Below, in pieces: positions 24,205-36,364 of a stretch of 64,000 nucleotides of DNA. Origin of the DNA: Malacoraja senta (taxonomy: Eukaryota); the NCBI GenBank assembly GCA_038087875.1, contig CM075977.1:225556001-225620000 (forward strand), given 5' to 3'. Under the pieces are notes generated by a model that saw only the letters and a list, made by a program, of their open reading frames with translations, made no database searches and was not told the origin of the DNA. The position numbers and the translations under genes were made by a program. Position 1 is the stretch's first letter; each line of letters starts with the position of its first letter.

Positions 24205-25135
24205 CATACGAAAGTAGAATTAGGCCATTTGGCCCATCAAGTCTACTCTGCCATTCAATCATGACTGATCCAGCTTCCCCTCTTAACCATTCTCCTACCT
24301 ACTCCCCATAACCCCTGACACCCGTACTAATCAAGAATCTATCTATCTCTGCCTTAAAAATATCCATTGACTTGGACTCCACAGCATGTGGCAATGAAGT
24401 CCACAGATTCACCACCCTCTGACAAAAGAAATTCTTCCTCATCTCCTTCCTTAAGGAACATCCTTTTATTCTGAATCTATGACCATCCAGGATGGCATGA
24501 TGGTGCAGCGATAGAGTTGCTGCCTTACAGCATTTGCAGCACCGGAGACCCGGGTTCGATTCCCGACTACGGATGCTGGCTGTACGGAGTTTGTATGTTC
24601 TCTCCGTGACCGCGTGGGTTTTCTCTGAGATCTTCGGTTTCCTCCCACACTCCAATGACATATAGGTTTGTAGGTTAATTGACTTGGTATAGGTGTAAAT
24701 TGTCCCTAGTGAGTGTAGAATAGTGTTAATGTGCGGGGATCGCTGGTCGGTGCGGATTCAATGGGCTGAAAGGCTTGTTTCTGCGCTGTATCTCTAAACT
24801 AAACTAAACTCTCCCACTAGTGGAAGTATCCTCTCCACATCCACTCTATCCAGGCCTTTCACTATTCGGTAAGTTTCAATGAGGTTTCCCCCTCATCCTT
24901 CTAAACTCCAGCGAGTACAGGCCCAGTGCAGTCAAACGCTCATCATATGTTAACCCACTCATTCCTTGGATCATTCTCATAAACCTCCTATGGGCCCTCT
25001 CCTGTGCCAGTACATCCTTCCTCAGATGCCCCAAATTGCTCACATTATTCCAAATGCGGTCTGACCAGCGCCTTATATAGTCTCAGCATCATATCCCTGT
25101 TTCTGTATTCCAGTCCTCTCGAAATAAATGCTAGC
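24205..25135 (-). mobile_element. CR1/HER1 LINE 3' part, interrupted by a V-SINE
   Basis: GHRFRIKGCSLRKEMRKNFFCQRVVNLWTSLP peptide. The sequence continues beyond the SINE. Confidence 0.85.
24490..24810 (+). mobile_element. Full-length HE1-type tRNA-derived V-SINE
   Basis: A-box TGGTGCAGCGATAG, B-box GGTTCGATTCCC, V-domain, CR1-like tail and (TAAAC)n end. Confidence 0.9.
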
Positions 25136-25454
25136 TAGTTAGGCCGAAGGGCCTGTCTCTGTGTTCTATGACTATAATGCAGTAGGGTTTGCAGAATACC
25201 GCAACAGTCCAGCAATCCATCTTCCATTGGATCACTAAGATTCCTGAGATGCTGCCTGGGAGAGTGCCAGTGGCCATATAGGACATGATCCTGCAGGATG
25301 ACAGCTTTTGTCCTTTTACACTGCCTCTCCCTCCGCCAGTATCCTTGCTGATTTCTGTCAGATGGCCAACCCAAACTGCTGCCTCCCAGGTTGTGATGAA
25401 GCAGTCTGACGTCTTTTAGCCCCAGACCAGCTTCAGGTGATTATTGAAACCAAA

Positions 25455-25551
25455 GATAGACAGAAAAAAGCTGGAGTAACTCAGCGGGACAGGCAGCATC
25501 TCTGGAGAGAAGGGATGGGTGATGTTTCGGGTCAAGACCCTTCTTCAGACA
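25455..25551 (-). mobile_element. PLE pLTR fragment with hammerhead-like core
   Basis: Reverse complement reads GTCTGAAGAAGGGTCTTGACCCGAAACATCACCC. Confidence 0.8.
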
Positions 25552-25799
25552 TGTTCATATTGCAGCTGTTGGAGTAGCACAGCAGAGAGGCAAAGGCACC
25601 CAGAAGACAGGCATCAAGAAAACTCATTAGTTGATTAGCTGATATTTTTATGAAATTTTGTATAAATTAAACAATTTGGTTTAGAATTGTACTCATTTAT
25701 TTTTGTGCTCATGCCAAGTGGACCTCGCACTGGCCAATGAGTGATGAATGCAAGATTTGAGAATCGAGGAAGTGATAGGAAGCTGAATGTAAGGACAAT

Positions 25800-26380
25800 G
25801 AATTATGGAGAAATGCAACAATGAAAAAGGCCTTTGTCCCGATTCGTCCATGAAGACAAAGAAACCCCAGCCAAAATATTCCCATTTCCCCATATCTGGC
25901 ACTAATCCCTCTAAACTTTTTTATCTATATATCAAGATCCTATTGTAATTCTTGACAGGCATCTTCACTATCTATGATATCATCTACTTTAGTATCATCT
26001 GCAAACTTACTAACCATGCCTTAGACATTCATCCAAATCATTGATACAGATGACAAACAGCAATGGATCAGCATTGATCCCTGAGGCGAATCACCTGTCA
26101 TAGGCCTCGAGTCCGAAAAACAATGTTTCACCACCACACTCTGTTTCCTACCATGAAATAAATTCTGTAGCTAATTAGCTGTCTGGATCTTATGCAATCT
26201 AACCTTCTAGAGCAGCCTTCCATGGGGTACCCTAACATAAGCCTTGCTGATGTCCATGTTGATTACATCTACGCCCCTGCCCTCATCAACTTTCTCGGTT
26301 ACATCTTCAAAAAAACTCAAATCAAATTTGTGAATGAGAATCTCCCACACACAAAACTATGCTGACTATCCCTAATCAAC
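25800..26380 (-). mobile_element. CR1 RT fragment
   Basis: GTATCATCTGCAAACTTACT is SKFADDT on the minus strand, with a PQGS motif (GATCCCTGAGG). Confidence 0.75.
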
Positions 26381-26387
26381 CCCCTTT

Positions 26388-26488
26388 TCAGACTGAAGAA
26401 GGGTCTCGACCTGAAAAATCACCCATTCCTTCTCTCCAGAGATGCTGCCTGTCCCGCTGAGTTACTCTCGCATTTTGCGTTTATCTTC
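26388..26488 (+). mobile_element. PLE pLTR fragment (hammerhead core mutated)
   Basis: CTGAAGAAGGGTCTCGACCTGAAAAATCACCC... Confidence 0.8.
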
Positions 26489-26489
26489 C

Positions 26490-26980
26490 ATGATCCCAGG
26501 AATGATTGGGTAAAAATGTTGAACCATATGATGAACGTTTAATGGCACTGGACTTGTACTCACTGGAGTTTAGAAAGATGAGGGGGGACCTCATTGAAAC
26601 ATACCGAATAGGGGAAGGCCTGGATAGAATGGATGTGGAGAGGATGTTTTGACTAGTGGGAGAGTCTAAGACCAGAGGCCATAGCCTCAGAATAAAAGGA
26701 CATAACTTTAAAAAGCAGATGAGGAGGAATGTTTTTAGTCAGAGGGTGGGAATTCATTTGCCACAGAAGGCTGTGGAGGCCAAGTCAATGGATATTCTTA
26801 AGGCAGACATTGACAGACTCTTGATTAGTAAGGATGTCAGGGGTTATGGGGAGAAGGCAGGAAAATGGGGTTGTGAAGGAAAGATAGGTCAGCCATGATT
26901 GAATGGCGCATGGTGGCCCATGATTGAGGGACCATAGACTTGATGGGCTGAACGGCCCAATTCTGCTGCTATAACTTATG
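26490..26980 (+). mobile_element. CR1/HER1 3' fragment
   Basis: GESKTRGHSLRIKGH..MRRNVFSQRV peptide. Confidence 0.85.
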
Positions 26981-28869
26981 AGCAATGGCCAAATCTTCAG
27001 CATTAGGCTGCTCCCACAGTTTCTGCCTGCAGTTTATCCTTTTATTGAGGTGGACGGTCCACCACGATCACTGGCTACAGTCCCTGCAGTCTAGTGTTTC
27101 TTCCAGCACAGGTTCAAGATGTCAGCGTCATTACCAGTCAGGACTTTGGCATCTTGATGGGGTTCTCTGGCTGATTTCACCTCATCTGCTTCCTGCCACA
27201 AATATCAGTGCATTTTGTTGCTCTCTGTATATAGAAAATATTTCCTCCTATGGTGATAGTTCCTTCGGCATTACAGCACTTCTGGAGATACAATTAAATC
27301 CTTTTATCCAGAGCTGTCTTTGCTGTCACTGCTAATTAATCTCTCCATGCTCCATTCCTGTCAGCTAAGAAGTTAACAACTCAGCTGCCAAAGACTTCTC
27401 TGAAATATGTAACAGCTTGTGACCCTGTCCAACTCTTAACTCTAAGGCGAAATATTTTCAATCTGTCTTTGACATTACAATCCCATAAATTATCGTATGA
27501 AACAAAGCTGTTGTGACTGTGTAGGTGGTAGATATTTTGACTGGAATTTTTCAGGGGAATTCCATCCCCAATCTTTTTTACGATTTTAATTTGCAGGTGT
27601 TTTTAAATAATTTTTCACGTGACTTAGCTGTGTTAAAGAAAACACGCATACCAACGAGGAGCATGAGCAGGCCACGGCCAATCAGGCCTGTTACACCATT
27701 TAATAATATCACGGCTGATGTGCTTTCCACCCTCACCTCCACGTTCCCAACTTCCTTCAGATCCTTTTGCAACCTTGCTTACAAGTGTGTCAACATCTAT
27801 TGAGAGATATTCAATCTCAGCTTCCACTTTCGCCGGAGAAAGTGTGTTCAAAAACCCTCTCAATCCTCTGAGAGAAGAAATGTTTGTCTCATCTCTAAAA
27901 AAAAAACGTTTTCTAACAAGATTGCAATTAACGCTAAAAGCTCATCAGATCCCCAGCCAAAATAAAATTGCAAAATTGGCCAAGATCCTGATCGAAATGG
28001 CTTTAAGGTATACACCAAGGAACAGCACTACTAAATCAGGACGTGGGTCCTTGAAGGGACCAGGATCAATTGAACCCAGCTGGTTATTTGTGCTGTGCAG
28101 GCATCATATAAGGGGTCATCCTTTAAAAGCATATTCTCCATGCCAGACAGGCAGCAGCACCATACCATAATCTACCTTTAATGGACTTTATCTTGCACTA
28201 AATGTTGCACCCTTTATCTGTACACTATGGACAGCTAGATTGTAATCATGCATAATCTTCTCTTTGACTGGAAAGCGCGCAACAAAAGCTTTTCACTGTA
28301 CCTTGATACAAGTGACAATAATAAACTAAACTAAACTAAAGTAAGCTTATCATGAACGAGAAAGATTGGTGGGGAAAAAGAAGAGAACATACATTCAATA
28401 AAAATGGGAAAGTGGACTCGCACATTCAATAAAAGTGACATAAATGCCATAACTGAGGTATGCGACACGAGGGATGTTTGTTCAGAGAAGAAGGCAGGGG
28501 AGGTGGGCATGGTGGAGGTAGGTGAGAGCCCATAGTTAAAAGAGCCTGAAACAAAAGGGTTCTGCAGGTTCGCCTTCATGAGGAAGCAGATTAATTCCAT
28601 GCATTAACTGTTCTGCCTCCACCTACTCATCTCTTTATCATGAGCACTCTGCTAGTGAAATAGCTTAGAGAGCTGACTCAGGGGAGAAGAACAAAGATAG
28701 CAGGCCCCATGCACAACGAATCAGGGTGGCTCAGCTTCAGGTCTGAATGTTGAAACAGCAGTGGAGTGGTCTATTCCAACAGACCATTACACTATTGCCT
28801 GCCAAGTCCTCTGAGAGTTTGTCTGGTGTTCAGATCCAGGACAATGATGTGTTCCTTCTCAAGGACACA

Positions 28870-29006
28870 AATTCACAAGGTCATAAGGGATAGGAGTAGA
28901 ATTAGGTCATTCGGCCCATCAAGTCTACTCCGCCATTCAATCATGGCTGATCTATCTCCCTCCTAACCCCATTCTCCTGCCTTCTCCCCATAACCTCTGA
29001 CACCCG
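28870..29006 (-). mobile_element. CR1 3' terminus
   Basis: GGAGTAGAATTAGGTCATTCGGCCCATCAAGTCTACTCCGCCATTCAATC. Confidence 0.8.
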
Positions 29007-30221
29007 CTGTGACCCCTCACCGAATCATGCCCCACACACAGCAATCCCAGACTGCTCTTTCAATTGACCCTGGGCAGTTGTCTGAAGAGCTTACTATGGG
29101 TCATAATATAATCCCTACAGAGTCGGAGAGAAAGGGAGCCAGAAAGTGGTCACATAGCGAACCGTATAATATAGTGCTTGGACATTGATACCACTAAACT
29201 AATTTGAAAAAGGAAAGGAACCAGTGTGTTCACACACTGAACTTTTTTTTTATCATTTATTATATTGTTTACAGAGTGCTATGTTTACATTTTCTGTTGC
29301 GCTGTTGCAAGTTCATTGAATTTCATTGTTCTAACTGGGACATATGACAATATAAATCTTGTGTTCATCTTAATCAAACGTGCTATGATTTTCTATTTGC
29401 ATTTTTGACTTCTTATTTTCTGTCACCGGCAGACTTAATTACACCGGCAGACTAATGTGGCAGCTGCTGACATCTCTGTATATCCTGTTACCCTCCACCT
29501 AGAAAGGTTGCCAATGTCATGCACATTGGATGAGTGCTCAAGCTAAAACTTGATACCAGCTAAATAATGAGTGATATTTTCATCTTAAAATGTGCAGCCT
29601 CACTACAGCAGAACAATAATTATGAACTCATGCCATATCTGCTATGTTGCTCTGGCACTGATTGCGTATGATACCCAGTGCAAAATTGATTATTGAACCC
29701 CCTGCTTGCACTGTTGTCAGGGTCGTTATCATGGTCATCTCTGTGGCAGGGACAGCAAAGAATTATGAGGAAGGTTACAAATTGAGATTAAGCATTTGCT
29801 TTACATTGCCCCTTCGCTTGGCGCTCTCCTTTATGTGTGGAATTGTTAGAGATAAGATCAGGTGCAAGAGCATCAGTGACAAATGATCTGCGAATGATCA
29901 TGAATTTGTAAGCAGAAGGAAGATTGGGTAGGTTAAGGATATAGAATTGTGTAGCTAATATGTGGATCATACATGTGTTGGTGCTTCTGTTAAGTGTGAT
30001 AGGATTCTTTGGCTTTGTAATTACTGAGAAGATGCTGCAAAATTGAGGTGAAGCTTTGGTTGCTGAGCAAGGACCATCGCCTTGTTGGTTCTTTTTTCTC
30101 CTACTCCTCATTTGGTCCAGGCTCCTTGTTCCTCAATCTTCAGCGCCAGCCTGCTGCCTTTACCAGTCAAGTTTGTACAACATATAACAGATGGCGATGA
30201 AATCCCCATATCTCCTCACTT

Positions 30222-30784
30222 CCTATGGGTCTCTCTCTAACTTCTACAGGTGCACAGTAGAGAGCATGCTGACTGGTTGCATCGTGGCTTGGTTCGGAAA
30301 CTTGAGTGCCCTGGAACGGAAAAGACTACAAAAAGTAGTAAACACTGCCCAGCCCATCATCGGCTCTAACCTCCCTTCCATCGAGGGGATCTATCACAGT
30401 CGCTGCCTCAAAAAGGCAGGCAGCATCATCAAGGACCCACACAATCCGGGCCATACACTCATCTCCCCACTACCTTCAGGTAGAAGGTACAGGAGCCTGA
30501 AGACTGCAACAACCAGGTTCAGGAATAGATGCTTCCCCACAGCCATCAGCTATTAAACTCGGCTCGGGCAAAACTCTGAACATTAATAGCCCATAATCTG
30601 TTTATTTGCACTTTATCAATTTATTTATTCATGTGTGTATATATTTATACAATGGTATATGGACACACTGATCTGTTCTGTATTCGTGCCTACTATGTTC
30701 TGGTGTACTAAAGCAAGGCAAGAATTTCATTGTCCTATCAGGGACACATGACAATAAACTCTCTTGAACTCTTGAACTCTTGAC
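30222..30784 (+). mobile_element. Rex1/Babar LINE 3' end (relatively young)
   Basis: ORF LSNFYRCTVESMLTGCIVAWFGN..LPSGRRYRSLKTATTRFRN and tail GACAATAAA followed by (CTCTTGAA)n. Confidence 0.9.
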
Positions 30785-31387
30785 TATCCTCGATGAAAGT
30801 CACACTTCAACGAATAAGGCGTGGTTTTTTTACAGTTATAAATGCACCAATTGTGCAATAGTCCCCATTTTACAAATATGTGTAAACTTTGAAATGTGTT
30901 GGACCATTTCATATGTACCTGGCCAAAATCATAATTAGGCAAATATTTATCGTTCCTTCTTGCAAATTTAATATTGACGAACGGGGCCTGCCCAACTTGA
31001 GAAACCACTGTTGGTTATGAAAAGTAGTCACTTAAGGCTATATTGAAAGGAGCAAAAAGGGAAAACATATTTTGTCAGAACAAGACTGTACCTCCCAAAA
31101 ATGGTCCTCACCTGCTGTCATTTGCTACTCTACCCTGGCTGTTACATTGGCTTTCCTGTGGAAAGCAACACAAAATTCATCATTTTAAGTTCATGTGCCT
31201 GAACAAGTATGACAGGCACTGGCATTGTTCCCAACTGATACAACTGAGGTTTAAGCATAATTAGATCTAAAGATAGTCTTTAATCGATTTCCACTCCATA
31301 ATCTCATATTCTTCATGTCTTCATTTATTAGAATGTATAGAATCTGATGTTATATCTGAGCTAACAGCACAGAGTGTAAATTCAAGG

Positions 31388-31712
31388 TTTAGTTTAGTTT
31401 AAGTTTAGAGATACAGTGTGGAAACATGTCCTTCAGTCCACCAAGTCTGCACCGACCAGCGATCCCCGCACATTAACACTATCCTACACACACTAAGGAC
31501 AATTTACATTTATACCAAACCAATTAATCTACAAACTTGTACGTCTTTGGAAGGAGGTGTGGGAGGAAAACGAAGATCTTGGAGAAAACCCACGCAGGTC
31601 ACAGGGAGAACATATAAACTCCATACAGACTCCGTAGTCAGGATCAAACCCGGGACCCGGGGTTCTAGCGCTGTAAGGCAGTAACTCTACCGCTGCGCCA
31701 CCGTGTACCACC
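31388..31712 (-). mobile_element. Full-length HE1-type V-SINE
   Basis: tRNA-like head at the right end (CACGGTGGCGCAGCGGTAGAG on the minus strand) and (GTTTA)n tail at the left. Confidence 0.9.
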
Positions 31713-32024
31713 GTTACCTAATTTATCTAATTAAGCTTTGGGATTTTTTGTGAAATTTTATAATTGAACCTTGTAGATTTTCTGGCTGCTGTTTTTTCCC
31801 CAACATTTTTCCCCAACTGGATGTTTTCCAGAAGAGGTAAACAATTATTTGTGATAAAAACCCATTGACGTCCAACTAAATGTAATGGTATGCCTTAGGC
31901 ATTTAACTAGAACTCATTCAATTCAGATGCAGGACAGAAGGTTTGAATCAGGCACGTGCCATCAGGGTAGGCAAGGTAGGCCCTGACTAAAATTATAAAA
32001 TGGTAATTATTAAATATAAATAGT

Positions 32025-32093
32025 AAAGGCATGGGAGAATTATGCCTATCTAAGAGATCGATCTCTTAGGTAGGCATAATTCTCCGTGCCTTT
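32025..32093. repeat. ~69-bp near-perfect palindrome inside the hAT element
   Basis: AAAGGCATGGGAGAATTATGCCTATCTAAGAGATC|GATCTCTTAGGTAGGCATAATTCTCCGTGCCTTT. Confidence 0.9.
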
Positions 32094-32372
32094 CATCCGC
32101 AGTACTTGTAACACGCGAAGGTCTGTGCAGCCCAAGTGCCGTCGACGATGCTTCAAGCCGTCAATGACAAGCAGGGCTGAAGGCAGCTGAAATTCTGCCT
32201 TTGCATGCGCAGAGCAAATTTCTTGGCGGGTTTCTCAAATATGGATTGCCATTATCTTAAGAGTATCTTGGGAAACAAAGAGAGAAGAATGGAGTTCGTG
32301 TACTGATAATGTGGCAAGTACATTTCTTGGTGCTATATGTTTTAAAATACCAAATTTCCCAGGGTGGTGGGG

Positions 32373-33087
32373 GGGGGGGAAAGAGTTCCTTTCATAGCCA
32401 GTGGGGAGTGGCCCGGGGTAAAGTTGCGGGGAGGGCAGGAGCATTGTGAAGGAGGGGGTCGGGGATCGTGCCAGTAACCCACTTGCGACGCTCCTTGCAT
32501 GGAGCCACCGCATTGAGGCCGGGGGAGAGAAGTAGCTCGGGTGGCTGCGAGCAGCTGCCGGGACCGGACAGCGGAACCAGCTGCCACCTCAGCGCCTTCT
32601 GCCGGCCCCTGCTCACCTCTGGCAATGCTCTCCATCTGAAAACCTCTCCTGCTGCTCGCCGGCCTCACTCATGTCAGCCGCTTGCCGCAAATCCTTAAAT
32701 TCCGACTGCACGATCAAAGGACCAATTGAGGTTACTCGGCTGTGGGAATTTAAGGATTTGCGGGAAGTGGCTGACATGATAGAAGTCGGCGAGCGGCAGG
32801 TGAGAGGTGTTCAGACGGAGAGCACTGCCAAAGATGAGCGGGCCGGCAGAAGGCGCTGAAGTGGCGGCTAGTTCTGCTGTCGGGTCCCGGCGGACGCTCG
32901 CAGCCACCCGAGCTGCTTCCCTCCCCAGCCACAATGCGGTGGCTCCACGTCCAGAGCGCCGCGGCAGCGGTGAGTGAGTGAGTTACTGGCATGATCCCCG
33001 ACCCCCTCCTTCTTAACACTCCTGCTCTCCCCGCAACTTTACCCCTGGTCAAACTCTCCACACACTGTGAAAGGAGCTCTCCCCCCC
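32373..33087. repeat. Long imperfect GC-rich inverted repeat (arms ~330 bp, loop ~35 bp)
   Basis: For example CGCAAATCCTTAAATTCC pairs with GGAATTTAAGGATTTGCG, and GGGGGTCGGGGATCGTGCCAGTAAC pairs with GTTACTGGCATGATCCCCGACCCCC. Confidence 0.9.
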
Positions 33088-33439
33088 ATTGGTCACTTGA
33101 ACAAGTATTGTCATTCAATAAGATGACAACTGATTCAACTTGTCCCGGTGTGCTCCCATTTTTCCCACCATCTCTCCACCTGCCATCACCCTTCACCCCC
33201 CCCCCCCCCCACACCCATTCAGTAATTCAGAATGAAGGAGACTAGGAAGCCTTGGGCAAATCGAATTGTTACTGTCTTTATTTTTATTTTTGATTTTTAC
33301 GGAGAGAACAATCTGCGCATGCGCGGTTTAAGATTTTTTTTTAAAGCCGACTGACTGCCTACCCTGAGTAATCACTCACGGCACGTGCCTGGTTTGAATA
33401 TCTTTTTGTTGAGTGGTTGGGAATTGTGGAACAGCAAAC

Positions 33440-34520
33440 GAATCTCAATATAGGGAAGAATAAAAAGTGGTTGCCATTATTGCACTTGAATGGGTTGCAA
33501 TGCAAAAGTGAGCAAGCCATCCTTCAGTTGGACAGAGCCTTGGTTAAGTCGGAAGATATTTTGGGCTTAGAGGGAGTATTTTTCAAAAATAGTGAGAGTG
33601 CTACATGAGCCAAAAGAGATGACATAGTTTTCATAATATTTGTCTGACTTATCCTGAGCTTAAGGAATCCAATAAATTGGAGTATAATTTTAAAATAAGA
33701 GTTGGTCCACATGAGATTGAAACTGGAAATTTTCATCCAAAGAGTAGGAATTTTCAATTCTTTCCCCAAAAGCATGTGAATAAGAGAGCAATTGAAATGT
33801 TCTCATTTGGGCTTCACATTGACGCAGCAGGTAGCCTTTCTGCCTCTCAGCTCCAGCGACCCTGGTGGGGAGAAATAAATAAGAATTAGATTGTTTTGAT
33901 CAATCTGAGAACTGACAAGGATAGGTTAGACCATATAGCCTTCTTTTATGCCATGAAAAATGAAAAATATATCGATAAATTTATGTCGTAAAGAAAATCA
34001 CGGTAAAATCTGGCTAATATCAATTGGAAAGTTGTAACTGGCTCAAGTAACAGAATATCTTGTTCTTAACTTAATGTTTCTCTTGCACTAGGAGAGATTA
34101 AAACAGTCATTCCTGTAAGTATTAATTCCCATCATGAATGCTAAAAATACTGAATCTGCATTCCTTGGAATTTAGAAGGAGGGCGATTTGAAGAAATAAG
34201 ATCCTAAAGGGGCACAACAGGGTCAATCTTGAGATGTTTCTACTCTTGAGAGAGTCTCAAATGAGATGACATAGAAACAATATGAAGGGGCAGTCATGTA
34301 AAATTGAGATATGTAGGGATTTTTTTCTTGCAGAATATCTGGAGACATTTAAAGAGGACATAGATATTTTTATGATAGATCAGAGAATAGAGGATTAGGG
34401 GGGATTGGCATACGAGAGGAATTGATGCCTGGGGTGAACCAGCTATGATTCTAATGAATGTCACGGCAGGCTTCCTGGGCCAGATGGTCCATTAGAATGC
34501 ACCTATTTTCTTGTTGTCTT
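33440..34520 (+). mobile_element. Old CR1 fragments
   Basis: ILQLDRALV peptide, and CCTTGGAATTTAGAAGG...CACCTATTTTCTTG 3' end. Confidence 0.6.
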
Positions 34521-34671
34521 GTACGCTCATCATGCATTATTTTGTCATGTTCACTGTTTAACTCTTCTTAACCAATCGACCTTTGTTGTTGTGCCCATCC
34601 ACACTATGTGCCGTCTTGGTTTATTTTATTGTTCTTACTCTTGGTATTGTGCATTCTGCCAATCAGATTTT

Positions 34672-35020
34672 TGAATGAATTAATGAAGTCATAAATTCTT
34701 GCATGCACAAGTGTGCAAAGAGTCACCACACATAGGGTGCCGACAAAGTTACAAAGTATTCCAATTGTCCCTCTTTGTTTTCGGTGTCCACCCCCCCACG
34801 CCAGGTCCCCCTTGTTCTCTTGGCGCCCCACCCCTCCATGCTGGGACCCTCTTTGGTCTCGAACATGTGTCCTCATCCGACCTCCGGCCCCCACCGCGGC
34901 CCTGTCGTCGTCTGACCCCCGGCACCCACCGCGGGCCCATCCTCGACCGCTGCTGCTTCCTCTCTTGACGGCTCCGCGGAGCTCGCCGGGAGATTCCCAC
35001 TGCAAGTGAACAGCAGCTTT
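34672..35020 (-). mobile_element. GC-rich SINE-like retroposon fragment
   Basis: CpG-rich block with a minus-strand tail ...CTTGTGCATGCAAGAATTTATGACTTCATTAATTCATTC. The family is not assigned. Confidence 0.5.
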
Positions 35021-35155
35021 TTTAGGGCTCAATTGGGGCTTTCAGTTTCTCCTGATCAACTGGGTAAAATTGCTATCAACCAACATTGAACAGTATGCAG
35101 ATACTGAATGGAAAACATCTAGACAGCCATTCTGTAACATTTGCGCCTTCCCTTA

Positions 35156-35233
35156 CATCAGAAATTGGCAGAATAGCATTACACTGCATTACTCTTTGCA
35201 TCAGAAATTGGCAGAATAGCATTACACTGCATT
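35156..35233 (+). repeat. Local tandem duplication (CATCAGAAATTGGCAGAATAGCATTACACTGCATT x2)
   Basis: Two identical 35-bp copies with a 43-bp period. Confidence 0.9.
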
Positions 35234-36297
35234 TTTCATGGTATACCAGCTGTCAAACTAATCTATTAAACTGTAATGGAATAAGGTAATAGTAGCAGTA
35301 ATGTAAGAGTTTTTAATAGAAGTGCTTGAGCTCAACTAACTGCTCCATATAATTGAAAATAATTAGTTGTCTAAAAATTGTGCTGATCTATGTCATCTTT
35401 GGTTTTATTTCTTCGTGGTTCTTCTTTCTCCCAACAGCAGAAGTTATCTGGCTTAACTAATTATCTGTAAATTGTTAAATTAGCTCTATTTGCAGGCTAG
35501 ACTGATTTTTTTCCCCCAATGTTCCAGATAATCACCCTGATTTTATAAAGACAGACTAATATCTTCAAGATGGTGACCAGACCCATGTGGAATTTAAATG
35601 ATGCATTTGAGAAAGTAGTTTTCCAATCAGTAGTCTGTTTGACATTTTGGTAAAAAGTCGAGCTATCAAAATCTAATGACTTCCCTACTCCTCAAGCACT
35701 TGCCTTCAGAAAATGACTTTGGCAATAAAATAGTATTGAATGAACTGGAACATGCTCCTGTAGAGTGAAATTGATTTTCAATCCTTAATGTATCATGACT
35801 AAGTTAAAACATTTTATTCTATGTATAGTTTCAGACAAAAGTGTTTTCCTAGAAATTGGATTGCATGCAATACAAAATCCCATGAACTAAAATAAATCAC
35901 ACAATGAGCACTTTGCCAGGTGTGTGAGCAGTCTCCAGTGAGTCTGGAGCTACCTTTGGAGTACTCTGTTGTGTCCTTAATGGTTCCCTAAATAGCACTT
36001 ACATATAGAATTCATCAGGTCTTCCCGTGACAACCAGAGGATAGTGATTTTCTGCATCTCAGAGTCCCAATTTATGATTGGAAGGATTCAAACATGCCTT
36101 GCCAATGTTTGTATCATTTGGTGCAGATCTGATTCCATGGAAACATAAAACACAGTGGGTGAACTTGTGCCAGATGTAAAATATGAAAGGACATATTTGG
36201 TTGGGATCCTCACCATCGTGTTTTATGAATCCTTCCAATAATAAATTGGGACTTCAAAATGCAGAAAGACAGAGAGCATAAAATGAGGAATTCTATG

Positions 36298-36364
36298 TAC
36301 ACAAAAATGCTGGAGAAACTCAGCGGGTGCAGCAGCATCTATGGAGCGAAGGAGATAGGCAACG
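36298..36364 (-). mobile_element. PLE pLTR fragment
   Basis: ATGCTGGAGAAACTCAGCGGGTGCAGCAGCATCTATGG, flanked by GAGGAATTCT(A/G)TGT repeats. Confidence 0.75.

Larger units (their letters stand above)
31949..33391. mobile_element. Non-autonomous hAT DNA transposon (1443 bp)
   Basis: 12-bp TIR CAGGCACGTGCC/GGCACGTGCCTG, perfect 8-bp TSD GTTTGAAT (31941-31948, 33392-33399), and subterminal TCAGGGTAGGCA/TGCCTACCCTGA. Confidence 0.9.

Noticed and set aside
24490-24570. tRNA gene-like A/B boxes
   Set aside because: This is a SINE head continuing into the V-domain and CR1 tail, with no cloverleaf. The same applies to the other HE1-type copies.
25180-27330. Possible Tx1/L1-type LINE remnants (25180-25440, 26985-27330)
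   Set aside because: Only weak motif resemblance (ILQDHVLYG), too degraded to call by eye.
32235-33245. Pair of similar ORFs on opposite strands (..SSSGGCE..PGPDS..HLSAFCRP)
   Set aside because: The similarity is fully explained by the inverted repeat. There are no transposase motifs.
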